Shown piece after piece: positions 36,966 through 51,199 of a DNA stretch of 64,000 bases. Source of the stretch: Mustelus asterias (taxonomy: Eukaryota). The position numbers and the translations under genes are program-made. Each line of letters opens with the position of its first letter. The stretch's first letter is position 1. The notes below the pieces were generated by a model. It had not been told where the DNA came from and did not search any database. It worked only from the letters and a program-made list of their open reading frames with translations. The stretch is from assembly GCF_964213995.1 (NCBI RefSeq), contig NC_135808.1, positions 90,334,001 to 90,398,000 on the forward strand, read 5' to 3'.

Positions 36966-37914
36966 ACTCGACTCTCATAGACATTTGCCAGTTGAAGATC
37001 CTCTTTTCCACTTAAATAACCCTGGGAAGAAAAGTGAACGCACACCGTTATTTGATCTGGCATTTATTTGCCAGTGAATCCTTTCTGCACATTGAAGGTT
37101 GAAGAAGTTTAATTATGCCCAATGAAAATGAACACTGGCCAGCTAAATTAGCATTAAAATGCTGCATGAGGGTCTGTCGTTATTCTTGTTCACCTGTGGA
37201 AGACCCCTTTTGATTCCTGTATTAGAACATGCTTCTTCAGCACTCTGAGGTTACTGACACCAAATCTGGATACTAAGTTACGAGTCATTCTTCCTGGAGT
37301 TTAAAAGTTAAATACTAATAAAACCTTCATGGTAATGATGAACTGTTCAATAAGGTAGTCAATGTACTTTATCTGCACCTGTTTGTTTATTTTTGTCAGT
37401 ACACAAGCTAATTTAGTAGAGACATATGTGCAGTTTAGCCCTCAAGGAGAGGACCATACCCAACAGTATATGGCCTTAACCAAAGGTAGGCAGGATGGTA
37501 AGTCAATCATCAGTGCAATCTGTGTTCATTATATAGATCAACCTTCATCTTGAAGATTGCCTGGGTTTGGGCTGAGTGCTCGTGCTAATATTGTTGTATT
37601 CTTCGTGTTCAACAGATCACTTCATATCTTGATCATGGTGATCGTCAAATGCTGTTTATGAAATTAGGTTTTAAAGGCAGATAACTAGCCTTCAATGTTA
37701 AAAATGGTGGAGGGAAGAAACATCAAAATTTTCTGTTTAGACAAATATTTATAATTTGACTATAGTCAAGTACATATCAAGATTTTGTTACATACAGCAG
37801 TGGAAACCATTGGTTCACAATGTCACAAGTACAGCTTCAGATAGTTATTAAAAATATGAAGCAACATGGATTAATGTGTGTTTTGGTATAATTCTGAAAA
37901 ATCTATATTTCATA

Positions 37915-39060
37915 CAATGGATACAGCACAGGAGGCCATTCTATCCATCATGTGTCAGCTCTCTGCAAGAACAACTTACCCAGATCTATTACTCTGTTTT
38001 TTCCCTGTAGCCCTTTAATTTTTCATGCTTCAGATTATCCAATTCTCTTTTGAAGGCCTAGATTGCAACTGCTTGTAACACACCAAGGCAGTGCATTCCA
38101 GATCCAAATCACTTGCTACGTAAAAGATGATTTTCCTCGTGTCACCATTGTTTCTTTTGACAGTCAGGATAAATGGGGGTCTTTCCGTCAATAAAAACAG
38201 TTTCTCCCTATCTACTCTATCCAGATCCCTTATAAATTTGAAAAGCTCTTCAAATATCCTCTTAATTCTCTTAGGGAAGATCTAGCTTCAACAGTACAAG
38301 TAACCTCATTCCTGGAACCATTCTAGTAAATCTTCTGTATACTGTCTCTAATGCCTTCACATTTTTCTGAAAGTGGGGTGCCCAGACCTGGGCACTATAC
38401 CCCAGCTGAGGCCGAACCTGTTTTTTTTGTTAAGTTTAATTATAATTTCCTTGCTTATATATTTTATGCCCCTGTTTATTAAAGCCCAGGATCCCATATA
38501 CTTTACTAACTTGATTTGTGCACACATACCCACTGTCTCTCTCTTTAGAATGGTATCCTCTATTTTGTACTGCTTTTTCTTGTCATTCCTACCAATATGA
38601 ATCACTAACTCTTCTCTACATTAAATTTCATCAACCAGATGTTCACCCATTTCACCAGTCTGTTTCTGTCCTCATGAAGTGCATCACTAACTTCCTCACA
38701 TACGTCCAAGTTTTGTCATCCATAAATTTTGAAATTGTGCAAACCCAAGTCTTGGTTATTAACATAGTTCATAGATTGTCCTAACCACCAAACTCTGAGC
38801 AACATCACTAAAACAAACAACGATTCACCACAACTCTTTCCTGTCACTCAGCCAAATTTGTACCCTTTATGCGAGTGTTTCTTTTATTCCATGGGCTTTA
38901 TCTTTCATGGGCTGATAAGTTTGTTACGAGCCCCTATATAAAAATATCCTTGAGATCCGTGTACACCACATCAATCCCGTTACCCACATCACTCCCCTCT
39001 ATTACCTCATGTCAAATTAGTCAATCACGATTTGTCTAACAAATCTGTGCTGGCTTAGGT
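37915..39060 (-). mobile_element. Old CR1 fragment
   Basis: INRGIKYISKEII remnant; CR1-like 3' end. Confidence 0.65.
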
Positions 39061-40453
39061 TTTCCATTAAACATTGGAAATTACAGTGCCTGATACTGAT
39101 CAGGCCTGAGGAAATTCCTAATAAATGTCTTTCTAATTATTTTCATGGGAGTCAAATCATAACCAAGCACAGGAGATAACTTTAGATTGAGAGAGACAAG
39201 GAAATCTGAATATAAATGTTAAGTGAGTCACTTTATTTTTGGTTTCATTTCAAAACTGATTAACATATTAAATTAGATCCTTTACATTCGTGCACTATAA
39301 ATGCCAAAGTTAGTCCAACTTCTTTTAAAGAATCATTTAGCTTAGTTTGAAACATGACAGTCTTTTGGTAAATGACTTACAGAATTAGATCATGGTTCTA
39401 CAGCTGATTCAAGTATAAAATAAACACAGTGCGAAGTACTCAAAAATTGCATTGAGGTTGCGTAATTAAACATCATTTCACTCAATGCTTAGTAACTGTT
39501 TTATTACCCCAATAAGTGACATTTGGTCAAACCTGCTGCATCAGAAAATTAATAAAAAGATCCTTCAAAGGAAGTGTTACATCCAAATATTTCCAATATT
39601 AATGCTATAGAATGCATAGTGAATTTAAAGTTTAAATCATATTAAGCAATGTTTCACAAAGCTTGCTCAAAACTCCCTGACACATAGCTATTGTAAGATT
39701 ACAGCACTGTGGTGATAGGAAAGGAATCAGTGAGTAAATGCTGTGTATAAAACAAAACCTAGATTTAAAATCATCTCTATTTCTTAAAGTTAAAACTTAT
39801 ATTGAAAACAAACTAGCTCTAATGTTTGCTGGTATCCTCCTTCCACTAAAAGGTAAAACTAGGATTTGAATAAAGTGTAATCGAAAATGCATGAAATGTT
39901 CACAGCTTGTGGCTGAATAGTATTTTCAGCTTTATAGCAATAAAACAATGATGGCTACGGATCTGTCGCAGGAGCAACTTGAGGTGATCAACTGGACAAG
40001 AATCGCATCACACAATTAAAATAACTAAATTTGTGCTCAGCAAGGCGAAAGATTTTATTGCTCAGGATTAAAACATTCCCAACTGCTTCCTCTAACTCCA
40101 AGACAGCACAAGATCTCTTGATTGAGAATAGCAAGTTAAGGTCATTAAGCACTTATTTAGTTTGGGCCCATACTCATTCCAGAGAGAACCTTATAGCCAG
40201 CAATCCTAGGAGATATTCATTTGATTAATCTTTCCAAATTTGACCCACAATAGAATGATAAATTGTTAGTGTCCAATCTGTACCCTACCACTCAATCACT
40301 GCATATTTATTCAAGTACCATTTTTACTCTTAATATAATGATCAACTTAGTGACAACATTATGCTAGTGTTTACCGATGCATGGGTTCAATAATTTCAGA
40401 ATGCTTTCATTACATTGCTACTGATCCATTTCCATTCCTTAAGCTATTGTAAC

Positions 40454-40785
40454 TCAGATGCTGATAGGTCGTCCTTCTAACACAGCAAAAATATCATCCA
40501 GGCTTTTGTGCACACATTTGAGGAATTCCTTGAGGTCGGGAGCAGAATAACTAGAGATGTTGTAGCCTATCCAGTTATCATGGATACCATAACCCACACC
40601 AAAGCCATCAGGAACGACAGGTGCAAAGCCCCCTAACTGGATGGCAGGACTGCTGAGAGTACTGGTAGAAATAATGTTATGGTTGATTTGAATATATGAT
40701 GGGTCTTGAAATAGTTCCGGTAAAGCCATTCCTTTGGATTCTGCTAGGTAACGCAAAGCAAACAAATGGCGGTCAAATCCCTGAG
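40454..40785 (-). CDS. CPT2: CPT2 exon 5 (coding part)
   Basis: (A)[11 protein letters not shown]...[11 protein letters not shown]. Confidence 0.97.
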
Positions 40786-43700
40786 CTGTTGAGAAAAGGA
40801 ACAAAAAATGAATGATGTTTCCAATAGGTATATTTGAAAATAGTCACCCTGTGATCTATCCAGTATAAAACTAAACATGCCATTTTGTCCTCGTACAAAA
40901 CTCGAAAACATGGAACCCACATTTGGAGTCTCACTGGGTAGGTGATTGTTGAGGCTTTGGAAAACATTTAGAGGACCACAAGAACGCTCCTCAGTTTAAC
41001 ATGTTGAACAAAGATCACACATTATTCATTTTGACCCAGAGAATGGTAAACCCATGGAACAAGTTGCTGGTGGGTTCAGTGGTATGTGTTGTATGGGCGA
41101 CACGGTGGCACACTACTGCCTCAGTGCCAGGGAACTGGGTTTGATTCCCAGCTTGGGTCACTGTGTGGAGTTTGCATGTTCTCCCCGTGTCTGCGTGGGT
41201 TTCCTCTGGGTGCTCCAGTTTCCTCCCACAGTTTGAAAGGCGTGCTGGTTAGGCGCATTGACCCGAACAGGCACTGGATTGTGGCAACTAGGGAAATTTC
41301 ACAGTAACTTCAATGCCGTGTTAATGTAAGCCTATTTGTGACTAATAAAATGAACTTTAATGAGCCTTGCACACACAGTTCCCATCCCACTGAACAGCCA
41401 CCAAATAACAGGGCTTGGATTTCTGTGTCTTCCATTGTGTTAATAGCCCCTACATCTTGTTTCTTGCAAATGGGTTAATTGTGAAAGTGGCAAAGTCAGC
41501 CTTAATGAAGATTAGAGATATTTAGGGAAATAAAGGGGAGCAATGATATGATCTGCTAGTTCAGGAGCATCATTTGTTCACAGAAGCCCGAGTCTACTGA
41601 TTGGGTGATTCTTTTTCTGACAGGGACACAACTAAATGTGCTCCCGTTTTTGTTTTCCCAGATCAGGGAGGCGCGGGTGACGTATTTTAATCAGTATCAC
41701 CCATGATTTCCTTAGTTATCAAAGTCACTGCATAAGTCAGAAAACAACTGCTGAGCTAGAGAAGGTAAAAATCACCCAACTTTTCGGTTTTTAATCACTA
41801 CCTTGTGAACCCTATTATAAAATAAAACAAAAAATTAAACGGAAAAGGAACTAGTTGATTCGCAATGTCAAAGAATCAGCACACACAGGATGAGCCAAAC
41901 ATCCTCCCTTGCAGCAGTAAAATTCGATGGAGAGAATTTGGTCTTTTTCTTATCCTTACATACAGGCTTTGTTGACTAGGTCAACATTTTTTGTCCGTTC
42001 GTCATTGCCCTCGAGACGGTCGCCTTCTTGAGCCACTGCAGTCCATGTGGTGCAGGTATATTAACAGTGCTGTTGGAGAGAGTTCCAAGACTTTGGCCAG
42101 GTGACAGTGAAGGAACGGTAGTATAGTTCCAAGTCAGGATGGTGTATGATTTGGAAGGAAACTTGCAGGTAGTGGTGTTCCCATGCATTTTCTGCCCTTG
42201 TCCTTTGCAGGTTGAAGTGATTCTGTCGAAAAAGCCATGGTGAGTTACTGCAGTGCATCTTGTAGATGATATGCACTGCTGCCACTGCATTGGTGGTAGA
42301 GGCAGTAAATGTTTAAGGTGGTGGACGGGATGCTAACCAAGCAGGCTGCTTTTTCCTGATGGTGTCAAACTTAGTGGGTGTTGTTGGAGCTGCATTCATG
42401 CAGGCAAGGGGAGAATATTGCATAACAGTACTGCCTTGTAAACGGTGGACAGACTTTAGGGAGTCAGGAGTTGAGGTACTCGTTGCAGAATCCCCAGCCT
42501 CTGACCTGCTCCTAACAGCCACAGTATATGGCTGCTCCAGTTTAGTTTCTGGTCACTGGTAACACCCAGGATGTTGATAGTGGGGAATTCAGCATTGGTA
42601 ATGCAATTGAATGTTAAGGAGAGATGGTTAGATCCTCTCTTGTTGGAAATAATGATTGCCACACAAGTTCCAGACACGAATGTTACTTGCTACTTAAAAG
42701 CCTAGGTCAGAATGTTGTCCAGGTCTTGCTGCGTAGACAGGGACTGCATATCCATGCCTATAATTATGAAAGGTCCGTGATTTGAATGCTAACGTGAGTA
42801 AAATAAGCCTGATATAAATCAACATCTTCACGGCAGGGAAAAATACAAGACAGAAAATAATAAGATAAAGCAATGAAAGGCTGTGGAGGGGACCCACGGA
42901 ATGTCTTGACTTACCCATTGCAGCCTCTTTGGTCAGCTGCCCATGATACTTAGAACACTCGTCTATCATTGTCCGCAAGTCCGAGATGCTGTGTTTCGAC
43001 GACTGCTTCACAAATGCCTCGCAGCACTTCTTTGTGTAAATAGTGGCAGGGCGGATGGTTTCTGTACGACCATGTTTAAATGCCGCAGTGCTACATGACT
43101 CGTAGGTGGCGACCGTTTTGTCATATTGTCTCAAGAACCCCATCTGAAAAGAGAGCTGTGTAACTGCATCAGGACTGAGGTTTTGCTTTTTCAGAAATTC
43201 CTTCCCACCTTTTCTGAACTCCTGCGCATCGATGGATAAGCTGCTCACCAGGGCATCAAACTTTTCACTGGCGGTTGAAATACCCGATTTCAGAACATCG
43301 TCAAGTTTAAAATCAAGCTTGTGCACAGCCTGAGAGGAGTCGACTGATGCAGGTAACGTAGTGGCTGAAATTGCAGGCCTCTGGGTCGTGTCTTTGAAAA
43401 CTTCATTAAGTAAACGCAAGACAGCCACACCATCACCCCACGAGTGCTCAAAATTCACAGCTGCGTTGCCATCTTGGGTTAGAATGATGCTGAAGGATTT
43501 ATCGAACCAACGATTGAAGCCATTGCCGTGAAGCATGTTGTGGGAGAGCTGTCGGTGGTCTTTCACAGTCATATCATCAAGGCAAATACAGAAGATAGCT
43601 GTATCTATTTTATTCAGCACCTCTGTATTCCCAGCCTCCAGCAGCCTCTGTCTTAGCGAGGACCAGGTGTCGCGATTTTCACTTGGCAAGTATCCAAGAC

Positions 43701-46700
43701 AGAAATTAGGAGGGGGCCTGGGGTCAGACAAAACATACTTGAAGTGGGCCTGGATTTCGGAAGCTTTTATGATTTTTCCATCTCTATCAATAACGTCAAA
43801 TGTATAGAAATGGCCATTTCTCATCACCAGCAAGTGTCTGCCACTGTCATCTGTAAGCAGCTCATCTCGAACTGGTTTGGGAATACGAGTGGAGTTGAAG
43901 AGTCTGTAGTACTGAGACATATCAAGTGGGTAGGCGTTAACCATGTAGGCTCCGTACCATGAAAGGGAAGCAGGAACAAAGCGAATTATGTTCTTAAAAC
44001 GAGATGTGTTGCTTTTCGCAGGATTGAGATGGAAAACTTCAGGTTCCAATAGGCCAGCTCGAAAGGTCTTCATGAAACGCAGTACAGACACAGTCATGTT
44101 GGTCGCTCTGATAAGCTGATTGTTGTTTGCGGGATTTGGATCAGGATTAAAAGACATAAAAGGGTTATAATTCAGGACGACTGGCTCACGTGCAGAGAGG
44201 TACATATCAAACCATGGTCCTGAAGAAATAAGGGAAAGGAAAGATTCTTAAAGCACTGACGATATCAAACATTGAAATATATATTTTATCTTTACATTGG
44301 TGTAACATGTCCCATAATGAACTTTTTATTTGCTTATCCAGATTATTTTCTTTCACCATCTTCTCCTTTCATGAAAATAGTGACAGATGCTGTGGCACTG
44401 TTGCACAGGTATTGTAATTCCCCCAGTGAGTCATGGATTTTCTCCTCCACAAGTTGATAAGTGTTGGCAGGAGATTTAATTGGCAAACTTCACACTTGAG
44501 TTTGATCCTGCCCTTGTTCACGGCCTACAAACACGATTCACCAGGGGGTCACTGACTGGTCAGAAGTAATGATCCTTGGCAGGGTATGCCAAGGTCAATT
44601 GTGGCACTTCTACCCAGAAGAGCAACAAACATAACACAGAGCAGAGGTTGAACATTTATTTGCATGACTCGGTACCACAACTTGGAATCATCCAATATAA
44701 AACTGGATGGATATAGGATGGAATTTTACCAGCACGTCCGCCCGAGGTTCATACGATCCCGCCCGAGGCCAACGGAGAATGCCGTTCTCCGAGCCTTGCC
44801 CGCCCCCGGAATCGGGGCGGGCGTGCCGGTAATATTCCGGCCATAGAGTAGCTACAATAATTCATGTAATTTAGCACAAAAATAAGGAGAATTACATGGA
44901 AAGATAAATGAAAAATAAATTAGTTGCATCACTTTACAAAATCAAATATTTTATACTTGGTTGGAGGCAACTTATTTCAACCAATGGATTTGCATCACAT
45001 TGCAAAAAGAACATGACAAATAGTAGAGCAAATAGACATTTAATTCTGTACGTATTTTTCCACATGATACTTGAGTAAAGGCACTGACAAGAGTCGTCTT
45101 TCCTGAACTAAGAAACTAGCCAGACTTTTTCTATGTGCTGATAGTGGAGTTTGGTATATTTTAGTTCTGTCTTTACCCTTAGTCTAGCAAGTCAGATAAA
45201 TGGCTTGTGGATCTCACCTGAAATGTAACTGGTGTGTTTGTTTCTTTTGTCTTGGGTCACGAGCTCTTCGTGCAGCTGATTACCAATTCCCTTTTCAAAA
45301 TCTTGAGCCAATTGTTCAGTTCTCCTGCGGTAGCAAAAAAAAAAGACCACGGAGCGTGAACAGACATATACATTGCCAACTTGACCAAGACGTCAATGCC
45401 ATTTAAGTGGAGATGAATTATTTAATTTGCCCAGAATTTTTAACCATCACCTTTGGCAAATCTAAAATCAGACAGAGGCAAGATCTGGACTCAGAGATTT
45501 GCGTGGCTGAAGAAAAGTCATAAACTTGATAACGGCTCCACTTCCAGAGTATTGATTGGAGTAGCAGCCTACAATATATGCTCAAGTGTGGCTTTAGTCC
45601 ATACCCTTCCAACTCAAGAGAAGAGAGTGGTAATGCCTACTTAGTGGCAAGACCTTCCTGAATGCTGATGGATTTATCATACCAATTATTGAAGCCATTT
45701 CCATGAAGCACGTTGAGGGACAGCTGTAGGTGATCTTTCACTGTCAAGGCAAATACAAAAGCTCCTGCAGTGGATTTTCCTCAGGTACTCCAGGTGCTGT
45801 CAATGGGCTATCGGAAATAGGTTTTTAAATTTTTAAATAAATTGTTTTATCCGAATGACTGAATAATGGTGCAATGAGTATCAGTCATTTTCATATTCTC
45901 TTAAACAGGTTAATCTTTTCTTACGTCCATTACTTTTATTAACAATGAAAACAAATATTATCACCCAATGCCCCTCCCACCTCCCCAAACAAAACATACT
46001 GGACAGGATTTTACAGCCTCACTCGGGCGAGACCGGAAATTCCCGCCCAAGGTCAATGGAGAATTCCATTGTCGGACCCTCGCCTGTGCTAATTCTGCGG
46101 ATGAAGTGGTAGAGTTCCGGACACTAAGTCAAGGTTGTCACTCCAGCACAGTACTGAGGGAACATTGCACAGATGGGGGCACTGTTTTTTAGACGAGGCA
46201 TTAAACTGGGGCCCCATCTGCTGGAGTGGATGTAAAATAAATCCCACAGCACTATTTCCTGGGAGAGCAGGGGTGCTAGACCCACTGTCTGACCAATATT
46301 TGTCCCTCACTCAACATCACAAAAAAGCAGATTATCTGCTCATTATCACATTGCTGTTAGTGGGAGTTCGCTCAGCTCATTCTGACCGCTGCGTTTCCTA
46401 CATGACAGCAGTGATCACATTTCAGAAGCGCTCCACTGGCTGTGGAAATTTTAAGATGTCTGGTGGTTGTGAAAAGCGTTATATAAATGCAAATTTTTTT
46501 CTCTCCTTTCATATTCCCTACATACACTGTGACCAAGCAGGCACTAGTTTTAAACCAGCTGCCAGAAAGCACATTCGAATGATCAGAATTTCTCTCTCCC
46601 CTGCAGGAAAGTCTCAATTCTTCTCAGCAATATCTGACTGTAATAGAGAAATCTGAAGTTATAATCTGCATTCTACCACTCCACAACACTAATCAATAAC

Positions 46701-49700
46701 TGGTGTTTTCGTAGAATTTTAGAATCCCTACAGCGCAGAAAGAGGCCATTTGGCCCATTGAGTCTGCACCAACTCTTTGACATTGCATCTTACCCAGGAC
46801 CACCCCATCCCCATAACCCTATGCATTTACCCAGCTAAACACCCTAAACTACACATCTTGGGACACTAAGGGGCAATTTAGCAATCCACCAATCCACCTA
46901 ACCTGCACATCTTTGGACTGTGGGAGGAAACTGGAGCGCCTGGAGGAAACCCACACAGACACGGGGAGAACGTGCAAACTCCACACAGACACCCAAGACT
47001 GGAATCGAACCGGAGTTCCTGGTGCTGTGAGGCAGCAGTACTAACCACTGTGCCACCAGAGCACGGTGGCACCCACTTTGTCCTAAGAGCAAAACGTACA
47101 CCAAAATATTAGATCAGACTGGTTGATAATTTCTTGCTGTTATATATTAAGAGTATTAGATAATAATACTAAAATATTAGCTACCTGACATTCAGTCCTA
47201 TTGTTTGCTTACCTATACTGGTCATTATCTAAAAGTGGTTTCTGTGCAGTCAGGTAACGCTGCATTGTTTCCTGCAGTTTTGGAATTGGTAACCTTTGGA
47301 TTAACAGAAAATGGGTTAGAAAATAGATTACCAGCACAGCCTAGACCTACAGGGTGACAAAAATGAATGATTTGGCAGACATAATTCGAAGGCAAATCTT
47401 GTCATTTACATCATTTACAAGTTTCATACAAACAGCTATATAAAACATTGCACTTTAACAACATTAATCTCACTAGTGATAGACTGGAGTTCTATCGCCA
47501 AAAATTCTCCCAAGTCATAACATATACAGGGGAATGCAATTTTTTGCTTTATGATACTGTTTGGTATTGCATCTGATACATCATGCCCCAGGGGTTATAA
47601 CTGTAAACAACAGTAAGTCTTCAGTTACATGAAATGCTCCATTTCATAGTTGAAATTTGATGGTCATAATATATACAGTAAGATAATTTAAAAATAAATC
47701 CAATTTATTTTAACTACTTATATAAGCAAACAATGAAAAAAAACTTACAATATTATTACATCCCAAATTGTGAATTCTTGTGCAAGCCTAAGTGTATCTG
47801 GAGGTCTTCAGTGTTATTAGACATCTTATAAATTAAAGGGGAAGAATAATAGATACGGAGAATGGAAGCCTCGCTGTTTCAAAAAGCAAATGTAAGCTAA
47901 TGCAGGATAGCGTGGCTGATGCAGGTTAATTCCTTGTATAGCTGTCAGTTTGCCTCAGCCACACCCTCACAATGGCATTCCCAACTATACCAATCCAACA
48001 TTTTCCCAATCCCCATAGTAGTCTTTCTCTCTTATACAGGACCCCCAACTAGTATAAAGACACAGGATTCCTCTCTTTCTCAGCTGAGAGTGTTAGATGT
48101 GCGGTGGTGGGGGATAGGGACACAGACAAGCAGGGTGGGGGGCATGCAAAAATTACTTAGAAGCTTAAAAGGTGTTCAGTCCGTGTAACCTGTACACGGA
48201 ACAGGAACTGCAGAATCCAGAGCAAAAGGATCTTTATCTCGGCCCACCAGAACCGAAAAGTGAGACTTTTTTTTTATATAGAGGAGGGAAGCAGTTTATA
48301 CTCCAGTTTTGGGATATACCACAAGGATTTAATTATGTAAATCGAATTTAATAAGAATTGAGAGACATCACCACTAACGGAATTGAGCCAAAAATATTCC
48401 TTGTATTTTCTTACTGTGGTAAATGGTGAATATCAGTAATGGTACCACGTGAATGCAATTAGTGCCCATTTTGTAGGAAGTAGATTAAAATGTTAAACCC
48501 AGCTTAAACTGGGTGCTTAGAGATTATGGGGAGGTGGCACAGTGGTGTTGTCACTGGACTAATAATCCAGTAAGTGTGCTCTGGGGACCCAGGTTCGAAT
48601 CCCGGCACAGCAGATGGTGAAATTTGAATTCAATATCAATCTGGAATTAAAAGTCTAATGATGACCATGAAAACGTTGTTGATTGTCATAAAAACCCATC
48701 TGGTTCATTAATGTCCTTTAGGGACGAAAATCTGCCTTCCTTACCTGGTCTGGCCTACATGTGAATTCAGACCCACAGCAATGTTGTTGACTTTTAAAAT
48801 ACCCTCTGAAATGGCCTAGCAAGCCACTCAGTTCAAGGGCAATTAGGGATGGGCAATAAATGCTGGCCTTGCCAGTGACACCCAGATCTCATGAACAAAT
48901 GAAACAAAATCACATTTTCCTGATTGGGTATGGCTCCAAACATCAAAAGGAAAGATAAATATCCTACCAATTTATAGCATCACTGAGTTTCCATGAAGAG
49001 CGACATTGTTTTCTGATAGCATCTTATATATTCCCAACATTGATTAACCAGAGCTTTTTGACACATTGCATCAAAATAAACTACCATTACTATACATTTC
49101 AAATAACATGATTTCTGATAATATTATATGCATAATCACATTGAGTGATAAATAGTGAGCGTCACATTAAGAAATAAGCACAGTAACAGGCCAGACAGTC
49201 CTGTGAGCTTACTCCACCGCGCAATATGATCATGGTTGATCTGATTGTGGCATTTACAATACTTCCCCGCCTCTTTCTGATAAAGTTTGACTCCCCTATA
49301 GTTCAAAACCATGTCTGTCTCAGCCTTGAATTTATTCGATGACTCAACTTCCACAGTCCTCAAGGGTAGAAAACGCACAACCCTCAGGAGAAATTCCTCA
49401 TCGTCTCAATACTCAATATCCTATTCAAAAACTCAATATCCTCAAAAACAACTTAAGAACCAGGCTGTAGATTGAGGTACTGTGAAGCTTCCCATTTATT
49501 CTGAACGAATCCCAGTCCACTGTAATTTTTCAGACAGGTGATACTTTCAATAATTGCTCACTGACAACTGGAAGACTAACAAGGACAGAAATTCTGTAGA
49601 AATTCTAAGTCAGGATCATAGACACCTAACCGTTTGTTTTGGGCTACAATAATTAAATGGGCAGCCCCCTCATCCTAAAAGCCCCTTCAGAATCTAATGT

Positions 49701-50902
49701 TTCAGTAAGATCACTTCTGATTCTTTTTTCAAGACACTCCTCAAAACCTACTTCTTTGATCTTGGAAGTAATATCAACATGAGGGAAGACTTATTCACCA
49801 TGAGTGGTTATGAACTAGAGTAAAATTCTCTAGCAGAGAGCCAGAGCAGACATGAGGGGCTGAATGGTGCCCATCTGTACTATAATAATTCTGTGAAGTA
49901 ATGTTGCTCAGTGTCTAATTTTGCTTTCTAGCACTCCCGTGTAGCACCTTGGGGCATTTTAATATCCTAAAGCTGCGACATAAATATAAGCTGTTGATAT
50001 AGAGATGCTTGCATTTAAAATTAGCAGCTTCAGGCCAAGTGAAATATACAACTAGCAAAATGACTCACTGGAAACCCAAGTCTGACCTGCAACCCCTGTC
50101 ATCTTGGCCAAGGGCAACGGGCACATCAGAACAACACCTGAAATTCTCACACCATCCTGACTTGAAAATATATCCCCCGTCCTTAATCATTGCAGGGTCA
50201 ATATCCTGGGACATCCTAACAGCAGTGTGTGCCTACAGAAGAACAACAAACTTGCATTTATGTGGTGCCTTTAGCAGAATTAAACACCCCAGGGCACTTC
50301 ACAGCGACATTATAAAAGAAAATATTCCGGAGATATTAGCTCATAATGGACAAAGAGGCAAGTCCTTAATCATTTCTTGCTCCAAAAAAACCCCAATTCA
50401 AATTGAATCCAATTCATGGTCCCCAGGTGAGAAACATTCTAGATCCAAGCTGACAAAGAACAGGCTTGATCCTACACTAGTTTGCAAATAGTTAACTGTT
50501 GTTAAATGTTAAAAGGGGCATCCAGCAATGTGAATGTGCCAGCAAGCCTCCATTCAAACTATAGCTGACTGCTGCAGGAAGCCAGGAATGAATCACTTTC
50601 TGTTCCTGTTTTGTAAACTCCTCCTGCCTTGGTGTGAAGAGTTAAGCAGCAGTTCTGCGAGCTGCACCCACAAGTTTACCAGACGATCTTTCACCCAGTG
50701 ACCTGCCAAGAGAACAAGGCAGGAGGGAGGTGGAGGTTTTGGACACTGACCGCGGCAGGCTCTTTTGGAAATGGTTGGTGGGCACGATGCTCCTGTGCAG
50801 ATACTCAGTGTCTGGGCTGGAGCTGCTGCTCCGGGTCAGCCGCAGCGCGCCGGCTCTGCCCAGCCCTCTACTGAACGTGGAAGCGACCCGCAGCACAGCC
50901 AT
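40454..50902 (-). CDS. CPT2: Carnitine O-palmitoyltransferase 2, mitochondrial, 5 exons, 658 aa
   Basis: complement(join(40454..40785,42915..44219,45218..45324,47213..47293,50751..50902)) = 1977 nt; Arg/Ser-rich presequence, SLPRLPIP, RWFDKS, catalytic [25 protein letters not shown]. Confidence 0.98.
41095..41360 (+). mobile_element. V-domain SINE, alternative tail
   Basis: Family consensus match. Confidence 0.85.
41976..42760 (-). mobile_element. Old non-LTR retrotransposon 3' fragment in CPT2 intron 4
   Basis: [17 protein letters not shown] and MQYSPLACM remnants; 3' end resembles the tail of the 4577-type SINE. Confidence 0.65.
42915..44219 (-). CDS. CPT2: CPT2 exon 4 (1305 nt)
   Basis: [19 protein letters not shown]...KEAAM; lies within ORF 42694..44205; donor gtaagt. 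Confidence 0.98.
44714..44845. mobile_element. ~130-bp MITE-like element
   Basis: Imperfect TIR TAGGATGGAATTTTACCAGCACGTCCGCCC / GGGCGGGCGTGCCGGTAATATTCCGGCCATA. Confidence 0.7.
45218..45324 (-). CDS. CPT2: CPT2 exon 3
   Basis: [35 protein letters not shown](G). Confidence 0.96.
46712..47070 (-). mobile_element. V-domain SINE
   Basis: Reverse complement of the family consensus. Confidence 0.85.
47213..47293 (-). CDS. CPT2: CPT2 exon 2
   Basis: [26 protein letters not shown](R). Confidence 0.96.
48528..48910 (+). mobile_element. tRNA-derived SINE (family B)
   Basis: A box GTGGCACAGTGG, B box GGTTCGAATCCC; tail GGGATGGGCAATAAATGCTGGCC. Confidence 0.8.
50751..50902 (-). CDS. CPT2: CPT2 exon 1 (coding part)
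   Basis: [15 protein letters not shown]...TNHFQKSLP(R); donor gtcagt. Confidence 0.93.
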
Positions 50903-51199
50903 CGCCACCCGCGGCTCCCAGCCAAATCCTTCCTCGCTAATCCGTCCGGGAAAGAGCCGCCCACTCAACATCCCATAATACTCCCGCTGCCGGGGGAAGT
51001 GAGGACACAGGGCTGGTGGCTGGCGGCAAGTTTAAAAGCAAAGAGCAGAGAGAGAGAGTGTGTGAGAGCTGGCAGCTTCACCATGATAAACCATTGTGAA
51101 GCACAGGCAAATCCCTCTCCCCACAGCCTGCAATTAGCCACAGGGGGAATCCATGTGCACCCAGTGATTTTAAAAATGGCCAGAACACAGACCCATTAG

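Noticed and set aside
42694-42914. Hydrophobic C-terminal extension of the 503-aa CPT2 ORF
   Set aside because: Read-through past the strong gtaagt donor at 42914; exon 5 supplies the conserved C-terminus.
50903-50971. Longer CPT2 N-terminus from the upstream ATG
   Set aside because: The ATG at 50902 has good Kozak context and gives the 658-aa length with a presequence; the extension is unsupported.
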